This document shows positions 51,996 to 64,000 of a stretch of DNA of 64,000 nt, one piece after another. The stretch is from Chiloscyllium plagiosum (taxonomy: Eukaryota). The translations under genes and the position numbers were made by a program. Each line of letters begins with the position of its first letter. Within the stretch, counting starts at the first letter, position 1. The DNA is taken from the NCBI RefSeq assembly GCF_004010195.1, contig NC_057726.1, forward strand, positions 69,302,608-69,366,607, in the 5' to 3' direction. Below the pieces are notes generated by a model, which was given only the letters and a program-made list of their open reading frames with translations, did no database searches and was not told the DNA's origin.

Positions 51996-52169
51996 AACAG
52001 GTATGCGATAACAGCAACATGAATTAATTCATTGACTTGTGCCAGCAATTAGTCATTGAGTGTAGCTAAACTGAGTTAACTTTTGGAATCCGGTGAATGT
52101 CAGAGTTTTAAGGTTTAAGTTTAATAGTTAATCTCTTACTGAAGTCTAGCCTTGTTTACATTTGTAAGT

Positions 52170-53070
52170 TAGAGTCAGGTAGTTCAGATACAGGCGCGTC
52201 GGCCCAACTCATCCATGCCGACCATGTTTCCTAAATTGAACTAGTCCTATTTGCCTGCATTTGGTCCGTATCTCTCTCAACCTTTCCTATCCACTTACTT
52301 GTCCAAATTTCTTTAAAATGTTGAAATTGTACCCCCCCACACACTTCCTCCAGCAGATCATTCCTAATAAGCACCAACTTCTGTGAAAATGTTGCTCCTC
52401 AGAGCCATTTTTAATCTTTCCCCTCTCACTTTAAACCTATGCCCTCTAAATTTCGACTCTGCTACCCTGGTGAAAAAAGACCTTGGCTATTCACCTTAAC
52501 TTTGCCCCTCATGATTTTACAAATCTCTATAAGGTCACCCCTCAGCATCCTACTTTGCAGGGAAAACAAAATTTGAGCCTATCCTGCATCTCCCTAGAAC
52601 TCAATCCCAGTCTCAGTAACATCCTTGTAAATATTTTGCACCCTTTCCAGTTTAATAACATACTTCCTATACCAGGACAACCAGAATTGTATGCAGTACT
52701 CCAAAGTCTTGTACAGCTGTAACATGACGTCGCAATTCCTGTAGTCATTGCTGTTACTGATGAAGGGGCAAGTGTACCAAATGTCGTCTTCACCATTCCG
52801 TCCACCTGTGACACCACTTTCAAGGAACAATGTTTTTGCACCCCTAGGTCTTTTGATAAAACTCCTCAGGGGCCTACCATTAACAGTGTAAGTCCCGCCC
52901 TGGTTTGTCTTACCAAAATTCAACAACTCACATTTATGTGAATTAAATTGCATTTGTCATTCCTTGGCCCACTGAGCGAGTTGATCAAGATACTGTTGTA
53001 CTCTTAAGTAACCTTCTTCACTGTTCACTAAACCATAATTTTGCTGTCATCCACAAACCTCTTAACCATA
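52170..53070 (-). mobile_element. CR1 LINE 3' region
   Basis: MQFNSHKCELLNFGK...LEYCIQFW...LERVQ. Confidence 0.88.
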
Positions 53071-53246
53071 CCTTCTAATATCCCTCCAACTTGCTATGAA
53101 AATTTATTCCTGTCTTAGGAATTAAGAAGCTGTCCATTGAAATGACTGCAGAATGTTAATTAGGGAGCTAGCATAAAATGATTTCTCTAACCAACAATCT
53201 CATTTGCTTAGATTTATACCTTGTATCAATTCAAATGGTCTTCTAT

Positions 53247-53530
53247 GGGTGGCATGGTGGCTCAGTGGATAGCAACACCTCCTCACACTGCCCAGGACCC
53301 AGGTTAAATTCCCGCTTCAGGCAACAGTCTGTGTGGAGTTTGCCCATTCTCCCCGTGCCTACTGGGGTTTCCTCCGGGTGCTCTGGTTTCCTCCCACAGT
53401 CTAAGGATGTGCAGGTCAGGTGAATTGGCCATGCAAAATTGCCCATAGTGCTAGGTGCATTTGTCAGAGGGAAATGGGTCTGGGTGGGTTACTCTTCAGA
53501 GGGTCAGTGTGGACTGTTGGAATCTAATCT
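53247..53530 (+). mobile_element. HE1 V-SINE
   Basis: Head and core recognisable. Confidence 0.85.
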
Positions 53531-54914
53531 GAACTATGCAAGCATAGGGACAGCAGCTCCTCATTAGATACAGTACTTGTGCCTAGGAATGTGGGTGGGG
53601 GAGGATATACTTTGCATTTAAGTAAGAGCATAGTTTGCCGGATCAACTTTAGAATGCTACGACATAGCCCAAGGATTAATTGCGTACTGAGAAAATCATT
53701 ATATGCTGTTGGACAGCATCAGGTATATATTTGACAGATGAGTATTTTGTTTGCTTGTCTTCAGAAAATCGTGCAAGTTGTGAGTCCATATAAGATTTTA
53801 AATGCACTTGTTTAGTTTACCAACAGGAGTAAACCTATTTGATTGGTTGTAACCTTATTGTGAATAATGATGTATTGATTAACAATTAGTAAATGTTGTA
53901 TTGGGACTACGGAATGGCAGTTACTAAGAAAATCGGTGTGATTCAGAGAAAACACATCTTCATTAATTGTATGTAGCAAGAGGAGCTTCAAATCAGTTTT
54001 GATATGCTGGAGGATGAACTGCAGGTGCAGTGAAACTCAGTGATGGAGTAACTTACCTGGACAAATTGTTTCGGGGGCAGTCACATTCCTTCGGCTAAGA
54101 AGAACCTGAGAGGTTATCAGTTATTAATTATAAGATGCACTGCAGGTCAGAGGGCTGTGAGGAATCAATACATAGTGGTAGAAAGCCTTCGTCCTTGAAA
54201 TTTGAGAACAGAGTCAATGAGAGAAAGACTGCAAGGTGGACGAGTGGACTGGTAACATGGAGAAAAAAGGCTCTTCTTTGTGGGACTAGACTTCATAACT
54301 TATGGAAGAGATGGATTCTGGTTGGATAGAATCAACATAAGGCGAAAATTAGGACTGCAGATGCTGGATGTTAGAGTCATGAGTGTGGTGCTGGAGAAGC
54401 ACAGCAGGTCAGGCAGCATCTGAGGAGCAGGGGAATTGACGTTTCGAATAAAAGCCCATCGACCTAACTGGCAGAACTGAGGATAGGTCACTCGACTGAA
54501 ACTTTAACTCTATTTCTCGCCACAGATCCTGCCAGACCTGCTGAGCTTTTCCTGCAATTTCTATTTTTGTCACTGATCCGAAACCTGAGGATAGATTAGT
54601 CTAAATTTCTAGTTCTACTCTCGCTTTTTAAAGAAGAAGTATTTGTTACCTCACACTTCTTGTTTTACAGGCTGTTGGAGATAACCATGGTTGGGTAGGT
54701 ATGCCTTTAAGCATGTTCATGTCAGTCTTATCTGGTTCTTTATGATGGCTGCATAATCTTAGTTTAGCTTTTCAAACAAATTTAAACGCTGAACTCACTT
54801 GAATTTTTTTTTCATGGGTTGTATCTATACATATAAAGAGTGTATGGGTGGGGAAATGGGGATAAGTTAAGTTTAAATTCATATCTATGTTTTGATTAAC
54901 TTGAATCGACTTGA

Positions 54915-55208
54915 GGCAGCACCGTGGCTCAGTGTTAGCATTGCTGCCTCCCAGCAGGAGGGACCCAGGTTCGATTCCCACCTTGCATGTTTTCCCCGTG
55001 TCTGTGTGGTTTTCCTCCAGGTGCTCCGGCTTCCTCCCACAATCCAAAGATGTGCAGGTCATGATAAATTGCCTATAGTGTGTTAGGTGTATTAGTCAGC
55101 GGTAAGTATAGGGGAAGGGAATTGGTCTGGGTGGGTTACTCTTCAGAGGGTTGGTGTGGACTTGTTTGGCCAATTGGCATGTTTCCATACTTAGGATTCT
55201 AATCTAAT
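54915..55208 (+). mobile_element. HE1 V-SINE
   Basis: Head and core recognisable. Confidence 0.85.
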
Positions 55209-55789
55209 CAAATGTGTCTCATTCCTGACACTGGTATTTATCTACCATGGAAACAACTTTAGCCCATTCTGAAACATTTCCATTAGTTGTCGGCAAATTG
55301 GTTCAGTCGCACTTTGTAAAACCTTTGATTTTTGAAGTAACTAGTTTAGTTTCAACAATGTAGCGATCTTTAAAATATTAATTTAAAAGTTCTGAAATCA
55401 CCTATTGTTTACAATGTTTTATTAACGAAAAGCAGATATTTTGGTATGTAACTTTGCCAATCAGATCCTGTTTTAATGAATCCACAGTAAAGCTTTAGCT
55501 ACAAAAGAAATCAATTATTCTGCAAGGGGAATGCTATCTAATCATTCATTAAGTAATTGTTGACCAAGTTACATTTTTAACTCACAGATTATTGAGTTGA
55601 ATGACCTGCTATAAGTGCTGTAATTTAAGATTTCATTCTTTTTAATGTTTTTAATACTTTTACATTTCATTTCAATTTGTTTTACACTTAAAAAGTATTA
55701 ACCTACTAAATATGCAGTATTGTCAAAAATTGTTCTTGAATACAAAAAAAAATGATTGAAGAGTGTACCAGTTACTGAAAGTGAGCATG

Positions 55790-58700
55790 CAGTATAGCTG
55801 GTGGCCTTTGTGTCAAGACGATTTGAGTACAGGAGCAGGGATGTCTTGCTGCAGTAGTACTGGGCCTTGGTGAGACCACATCTGGAATGTTATGTGGATT
55901 TTTGATCATCCCATGAAGAAAGATGTTCTGGCTAGATTTAGCTAAGATTTACCAGACTGATTCCTGGAATGCACCTATGAGGAGACATTAGATCAGTTAG
56001 GACTACGTTCACTGGAGTTTAGAAAAAATAGGTAGGATCGATAAAATTCTAACAGGATTAGACATGTGAAATGCAGGAAGTACATTCCCATAACCAGGAA
56101 GTAGAGAATTAGGGGTCATAGTCTAAGGATATGGCATGTGCCATTAAGGATTCATTTGAGGAGAAATCTCTTCACTGTGTGGTGAGCGATTATTTGAAGC
56201 CAAAACATGAAGTAGTTCAATATAACTCTTCGGGGTGAAGGGATTAAGTAGTCGATGATGAAAGCAGTAAAAGGGTGCTGAGTTGGTTGATTGTACTGAT
56301 TGACTGAGGAGGCTGGAAGGGCTGAATGGCTTACTCCTTCTCCCATTTCCTCTATTTCCATAGCTTGCATTTTAGTATTGCTCAAGTGAAACAGTGAGTC
56401 ACACTTCCAACGGTGAATGGAGCATCTAAACCTGATTGCTGTCGGTTACATGACATCAAGTCTTTTAAAAAGTGTCCTTAATCTTTGCATTCAAAAATGT
56501 CTATCTTCACATCATGAACATCATGCACCTTGCAAATGCTATTGTGGCATAGATCAAGTATAGAGTATTACAGTTTTTGAAAACAAATATTTTGGTCTAT
56601 GTTACATTCGCTTGTGACAAACAATATTTCCAGATCAATTTTCCCCAATACTGTCTTTTTGCTCATTATTAAGGACAAGGAATGGAAACTTTGAGGCCAA
56701 GACAGTTTGTTCTGAGTGGGAGGGAGGTGTGGTGCTGCCAGTAAGAGTGGTGACAGATCAATTCATGCTTTGGTACTCCGTGTAACTACTGTGTTCAGGT
56801 TTTAAAAACTAGTTTGCACCAATGATGACGTAATCTCATCACAGTTAAATGATGACCCATATAAGTACTTTTCAAATCTGTCTTGCCTAAACTAGAAGAT
56901 TACCAGTGTGAACCTGTGCATTCTGACACCTAATGCAAAGATAACAATAATCAGCATATCTGTACGCAATGCTCTTGGCAATATTCTTAATTAGATGCTT
57001 AGATTTGATATCCATGTTGAAACTGCAATGACTTTATTCAATATCATCAAAAATGTTGCCAGGATTGGGGGGTTTGCACTATCGGGAGAAACTGAATAGG
57101 CTGGGTCTCTTTTCCCTGGAGTGTTGGAGGCTGAAGGGTGACCTTTTAGAGGTTTACAAAATAATGTAAGGGTATAGATAGGGTAAAAAGACAAGGTATT
57201 TTCCTCGGATGGGTGAATCCAGAACTAGAGGGCATAGGTTTAGCGTGAGAAGGGAAAGAAATAAAGCGGAGCTATGGGTAACTTTTTCATGCAGTGGGTG
57301 ATGCATGTATGGAATGAGCTGCCAGAGGAAGTGGTGGAGACTGGTACAATTATAACATTTAAAAAGCATCTGGATGGGGACATGAATAGGAAGGGTTTAG
57401 AGGGAAATGGGTCAAGTACTGGAAAATTGGACTAGATTAATTTAGGATATCTGATCAGCATGGATCTGTTTCCATGTTGTACACCTCTATCACTCAACGA
57501 TTCTTAATCTGAAGAATAACAAATTAATTGATACGAGGTGAGAACGAGTCATAATTAATTGGTAAATAGACTAAATGCTATGCAGGTAAATGAACAACCA
57601 GAAACCTTTAAATAAATATTGGATGTAAATATTGGATAAAAACACACTGCACTGAAGACCAGAAACTCAGCAATAGAGACTCATTTATGTCTCATTAAGG
57701 AAGTTTAGTGTAGTGTTTGGTTAAAAGAAGAAACTTGAACTGTAACAAAAACGATTCACAAGGTTAATAATTAGAAACATGTTAGAAATCAGTAAAACAT
57801 TGAGAAGAACTTAAAGAATAAAATATGAGATTGAATTATAAAAATAAAATCAGATTGCAATTGCATTGATAAGCATATAAAATGAACGTAGTAGCTAAAG
57901 TATGTGATAGTCCCTTAGGAACACAGTCAGAAGAAATTAGCATGTTGAATGTGGAAATTGCAGAAGCATCATTCAAGCATTTTATACATTTTCAGAGTGG
58001 AAAATTTCAAACCAGAAGTGCAGTATATAGTAACATCACTGCTGAAAGAAAGTGAGGAAGTTAATATAGCAGTTAAGAAATATTGGAGAAAAGTGTCAGA
58101 CTAAATTCTGACAAACCCCAAGTGAGGTGGCCTACCCCAGGTAGTTCTAAAAGAGATACCTGCAGAGAACTTGTTGCACGAACTATGACATTCCAATATT
58201 CCTTTGATTTGTGAATGTCCCATCAGATTTTGCAATAGCAAGCCTTATACTGCTGTTTAGGAAGCAAAGTAAAGCAGAGAGAGCACAAGCCAATTAGCCT
58301 AACATTACTTGCTGTGAAAATGCCACAATGATCAGCACTGGGGCCTCAACCGTTTAGAATCTATGTCAATGACTCAGATGAATAGACAGTGAAAAATGTA
58401 TTTGGCTTTGTTGATGATGCTAAACTGGTCGCAACTGCAAGTTGTGAGGAGGTCATAGAAAAGCCACAGGGTGATATTGGCAGATTAAGAGAGTGGGCAA
58501 CAAGTTGCCTCGTGGTTTGTTAATAGTGAAGTTGTTCACCTTGATTGTGAGAATAGAAAAACAACACATACATAATAAATTTGAATCTGTGCAGTTTGTA
58601 AGAATTTATATTTGATGTGATCAAGAATTTTGCTTGCTAAAAGTCAACTCATGATGCACTAAACATTTGGAAGGCCCATAGTTTGTTTGAAGTTATTACA

Positions 58701-59250
58701 AGAAAATTGCAGTTTGGGAATGAAGAGGTCTTGTTACACTCATAAAGAGTTTTGGGTAAGAATACATTGAAAGTGTTGTGTGCAGCTTTCAACCCTATAT
58801 TCATCAAATAATTTCTTTACATTGGAAAGAGTGCACTGAAGATTCACTGAACTGCTCCCCAGTTGAAATGATTGTACTATGGTAAGAGATTGAATAAATT
58901 GGGCGTTGAATTCTCTGACGTTTCGAAGAATAACAGGCGATCCCATTTAGACAAGTGTGATTCTGGTAGGATTAACACAGAGATTGATTCTGCTTAGTAC
59001 TCTGAAGTTGGAAGGGGAATTTATTTCACTCAAACTTTTCTGAGCCTGTTGAATTATTTACCCTGTAGGGTTATGAATGAGCTATTGTTGAATACAATAA
59101 TGACATGCACAGAAATTATTCTGGCCTCTGAACTAGCACAACAAGGGATGTTGGCAGAGGGTGAAACATTCAGCTGAAATGAAAAATTAGCTGTGATCAC
59201 ATTAGATTGTGTAAGAGTCACCAAGGGCTGATTGGTTTACTCCTATTCAT
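55790..59250 (+). mobile_element. Several CR1-type LINE fragments (~55790-56360, 57050-57490, old ~57850-59250)
   Basis: CR1 ORF2 C-terminal signatures, heavily decayed in the last block. Confidence 0.7.
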
Positions 59251-61352
59251 GCATCTGCTGTCCATGGTTTCCTAAGAAAATCATTGTTGTTTCCACAGAC
59301 CAAGCAAGGGACAGATGAGAAAACACCTTCTGCATTTTGAGATCTCATTACTTCGAGAAAGTGTCAAGAGTGGAAAAAAAAAGAAGAGCATGGCAAGAAT
59401 ACGAGAATCCAGTGAAGCAAAGACAGAGAAACCTGGGTCTCATGGGTCAGAGAAGTGTGAAGGATCATGTCCTTGCTATTGTCTGAATACTAACTGCATA
59501 ACCTGGACTTATTGTAAAGTGTTCCATAAATAAGTAGAATATGGAGGGAGAACAGGAAATATAGAGAAACTCTTCGATCTTGATCTTTGCACATTCTTGA
59601 AAACATTGATCATTGTAAGAACACTGCATTATTTATCTTACAAATCAAGTGGAAAGGAGATTGTGGTCTGTTGTTCAGTTCAGTTGAAGACAATAAGCTG
59701 GGTCAGTTATTTCAAATGTTACTATGTCACAATTTTATGGAAGACTTACATTACTGGCCACTAGTCTCAAGATGTCACTGATGTGTTGATACTCTTTACA
59801 CTACCCTCATCTCAGCTTTCTTTATCAAACCTAATTCAAATAGCTTCCACAGCATGTATTTCTCCAAACCATCCTTAAATCCACCAATATTCCAGGTGAC
59901 ATCTTCTGCTGGTGCTAGCAATTTGGACATTCCACGTGGTCCTCAGTAAGGAGTTTTCCAGACGTGTATTTCCTCTTGCATCAGTGTTTTCTCATATTTA
60001 TGACTTCTATTTCTAGAACCATGCAGAACAGTAATTGTTTATTTGGTGCTTACTCTGTTAATCCTATTTGTAATCCTAAATGCGCCTATCACATCACCCT
60101 TCAACCTTAAGACCATAAGAGGTAGAATTAGTGCATTAATTTCTATGACCCTTGCTAGTGTTACTTTAGCTCCACCTATTGATATGATCCAATACAGCTG
60201 TGTTTTCTTGGTATCCAGAAATGTATCAATTTGCCTAAAAAATAAATTTCACAATGCTTTTCATGTCCACCATCTGAATTACAAACCTTCACAGCGAGGA
60301 AATATTTCTGAAACATTACTTCATATTGTAATAAATGAATACGCTGAACATTAAAAATAGAACCTTTGACCCTGTTACACTGACCTGTGAATCCAAAGTT
60401 TCATTTTGCTGAGTAGTCAACCTTGCCACATTCCTTTTTGGTTAAAAATACAAATATGTGCAACAGCTGGAGAGAACAAATATCATCCTCATCTTAATCC
60501 TGAGTGAACAAGCCTGTTCAGCCATCGAGTTTTAGTCTTGCTAGTGGTAGGTAACAAATTGCAACATCTATTACATTAAGTTTCTTCGGAATTTTATACA
60601 CACCTCAATGAGTTTACCTCAGTTTCTGTTTGACTTCTTTCAAGGAATATTAATCTGTGCGATCAGTATTTGTGCAAAACACAATGCGTTGATACCAGCT
60701 GCCACTGTAATGAACAAAAACAGATTTCTGGAAAAAACTCAGCAGATCTGGCAGCACCTGTAGAGAGAAAGTAGAATGAATGTTTTGGGTCCATTAACCC
60801 TTTTTCAGAACAGTATGTCTCCAGTGCTATCACATCTCCCCTATATGCCAGATATGTAGATCCCAAATGAACTCCAGTATTTCCCAGTCTCTCAGCATTT
60901 ACAAATTATTCTGTTGTTCTTTTATTTATTTCCTTCCAAATGTATAACCTAACCCCAACTTTATTCCCTCTTTCACAATCTTACCCATTCATTAAATTAG
61001 TCTATTAGACTCAATCAATGCAATTGGGTATTTAATTAGAAACAGTCTACCAATTACAAAGTCAAATGGCTATCTGATTTCTGTCCATTGATCAGTCCAT
61101 GATTCATACTTACTTAAACTTAAATTCCATTTAACTTAGGTTTCATTAGCAAAAGTCCAAATTCCTTGGTTAAATGCTTCATTATCTTCGTGTCCATAAG
61201 TACACTCTATCTAGATAGAGGACATTATTGTCTCTAATGGTGTGAAGAGCTTCTTAATATTCTGTCAGCTTCCTTATGTGATTGTCCATTTACTTTTCGT
61301 TTGGTAGATTTTTCTAATTGCATTACACCATGTTAATATTTCTGGCAACATT

Positions 61353-61480
61353 CCCGAAGAAGAGCTTATGCCTGAAACGTCGACTCTCCTGCTCCTGGGA
61401 TGCTGCCTGACATGACGTGCTTTTCTAGCACCATACTTTTTGACTCTGATCTCCAGCATCTGCAGTCCTCACTTTCTCTT
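61353..61480 (+). mobile_element. Single-arm PLE-derived element
   Basis: ccgaagaagagcttatgcctgaaacgtcgac...ccagcatctgcagtcctcactttctc. Confidence 0.75.
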
Positions 61481-62084
61481 AACATTGAAGCAGCACTACT
61501 ATTTAATTCTGCTATGATGTAACAAAGATTATTGCTGATTTTGAAGATTGTCCACAAAGATTGATTTATTTGAATGATAGATATCACTTTGTGTAATATG
61601 GGCATGCAATTGGCATCAAAACAAGGTTTTTGCAATTTCCAGTTAAAATAATGTTACCAAGCATGGTATACAATCAATCATGTTGATTGTTTCTCACAGA
61701 CAAAAAAATAAGTAACTAGAATACATTAAATATCCTTTACTAGTTGACATTATTGAAGAATTTGGAATTCAAATGTGAGAAGCAAACTTGAGAAGAAAGT
61801 AAATTATGGCCATATAGTGTTGTCAATGAAAAAAAAATACTTGCTATTGATCAGAATGTTATTTCAATAATGAGAAATTAATCTCTAAACATGGTTTCGC
61901 AAATGCTGAGTGGTGTTCAAGCAGTTTGCTTAATGTTGTGTCATGTGGCAACAGTGACAACTGAAAGCTGGCAAATTGACAATCATGTTTTTATTTTCAT
62001 GAATGAAGTTTAAAATCATTAAAATGTTTTAAGTCTAAGATATTTTCAGTGAGAGAAAAGAGTGACTATTATTTAGTTGAGGTA

Positions 62085-64000
62085 TAGAGTCACACAACAT
62101 AGAAACAAATACTTTGGCCCATCATGTTTGTGATGATCAACAAATTCCAAACTATACTAATCCCATTTACCTAAACTTTGTCCAGTGAACACTATGCCTG
62201 GCATTGTATGTGCTCATTAAGATGCTTCTTAAATGCTGCAAGAGTACCAGCCACAACTAATCTCTCAGGCAGCACATACCATGTTTCTACAATATTATGG
62301 GTGAAAAACTGTTCCCTCAGCTACCCTCTAAAACACTTATTCCTCATCTTAAACTGATGCCCTCTTGTCTCAGACGAACCTGCTATGGAGAAAAGATACA
62401 GTCTATATTATCGATGACTCTCATTATTTTGTAGACAACAACCAGATCCCCTCTCACTCTCCTCTGTTTCATGGAAAAAAATCCTATCCTCTCCAGTCTC
62501 TTCTCATAACTCAAACTTTTCATCCCAGGCAACATCTCCTCTGCATCTTCTCCAATTATCCTTCTAAAGGTGTGGCAATCAGTACTGCACAACTTATACA
62601 CTAAAGTCCTTTGTTCCTCAGTACTCCGAAGGAGCCTACCATTCACTGTGTATATTCTTCCCCTTTTAGATCTCCCAAAATGCATCATCTCATAATTATC
62701 AGGATTAAATTCCATTTGCCATTGTTCAATTTACAGGCTGATTAATAAGAATATAACCTGAGTCCATTTGCATCACTGTCCACAGCACCATCACTTTTCA
62801 TGTTATCTGCAAACGTATTAATTATACCCTCCACATTCACATCAAGTCATTAATGCAGGTAACAAACAACAAAGCTCCCAACACCGATCCCTGTAGTACA
62901 GCACTGGTCACTACATAGCTAAAACAATCCTCTACCATTACCCTTTGCCTTCTATTTGCAAGCCAAATTTGTATCTCGTTTGCCAACTTGCCTTGGATCC
63001 CATGGGGTCTTACCATCTGGTCAACTTCCATTTGGGATCTTGGAAAAGGCCTTACAGAAGTTCATGCAAACCATTTTAACTGCACTACTTTCATCAATAT
63101 ATTTAGTTTCTTTTTTAGAGAAAAGCAAGTTAAATTAGTAGACATGATCTCCCTCCAACAAATCTGTGCAGACTTTCCCTGACCAATCCTTGCTTTTCCA
63201 AGTGTTAACTAATCCTGTTCCTCAGAAGTTTTTCAAATAATATTCCTACCACTGACTTCAGACTAACTGGTCTGGCATTGCTTAGTCCAGCCGTACTGCT
63301 CTGCTTGAACTATGGAACCACATTAGTTATCTTCCAGTCATCTGGCACTTCACCCATGGAACCAGCAAAGTCCTAAATATCTCTGCCAGGGCCCCAGCAA
63401 ACTCCTCCCTTGCTTCACATGCAGTCTGGGATACATCTCATCAGGCCTTGGGGATTCATGCACCTTCATGCTCGTATACCTCCTCCATATTAATTCTAAT
63501 ATGTTAAAGAACCTCACCATCCCAAATGAAATCTTCAGTTCTAACATTTTTCTCCTTTTGTGAAAAGAGGTGAAAAGTATTCATTTAATATCTCACCAAT
63601 GTCTTCTGGTTCCATACATAGAATGCCCTTTGGTATCTCATTAGCCCCACTCTTTCCCACTTAATCTTCATGTTCTTCATATTATTCTAAAATATCTTGG
63701 GGTTTTCCTTAATTGTATTGGCGAATGTCATTTCATTGCCCCTCTCTGCCTTCCTAATTTTTAAAAAAACACATCCTTCACTCTCTATACTTCTGCACGA
63801 TGTAGAATTACTTGTAATTAGCTGCTCCCAGTCTATGTTTGCCAGATCCTGTCCAATGATATTGAATTTGGCCTTCCCCCTAATTTAGACAATTTTGCGT
63901 GATCCTTTTCCCTTTCCACAATGACTTTGAAACTTACAGAGGTGTAGACACTATTCACAAAATGCTTGCCCATTGAAACTTCACTTGCCGACTTCATTCC
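62085..64000 (-). mobile_element. CR1 LINE ORF2 (RT to 3' end), continues beyond the window
   Basis: SPRPDEMYPRL, WLANRRQRVMVEDCFS...VLQGSVLGALLFVTCINDL, MEFNPDNYEMMHFGR. Confidence 0.9.

Noticed and set aside
59315-59533. 72-aa Lys/Cys-rich ORF as an independent gene
   Set aside because: No recognisable domain or promoter; treated only as possible gene B 3' exon sequence
1-64000. Prokaryotic systems such as CRISPR arrays or operons
   Set aside because: The sequence is spliced vertebrate genomic DNA; no regularly spaced repeat-spacer array is present

Overview
Eukaryotic, repeat-rich genomic DNA from a cartilaginous fish. The HE1 V-SINEs and HER1/CR1 LINEs point to a shark; a carpet/bamboo shark is my inference. 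Almost all ORFs in the supplied track are repeat debris. Manual exon reconstruction reveals a small cluster of non-rearranging, antigen-receptor-like/SIRP-like IgSF receptor genes. Gene A (+, 607-9245) is the 3' end of a receptor: a TM exon, a 44-nt linker exon, two duplicated tyrosine-motif exons and a terminal exon. Gene B (+, 42723-51995) is a complete 320-aa leader-V(J-like)-C1-TM-ITIM receptor. Gene C (-, ~25560-22738) is an inverted pseudogenised paralog not visible in the ORF track. The rest is HE1 SINEs, CR1-type LINE fragments, Penelope-like elements, a Tigger/pogo-like MITE, a Tx1/L1-like fragment and a 1.15-kb tandem duplication upstream of gene B. The Penelope-like material includes a 2.6-kb hairpin and many short palindromic derivatives carrying minimal hammerhead-ribozyme cores. 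All gene models come from reading splice sites and phases by eye, with no expression data.
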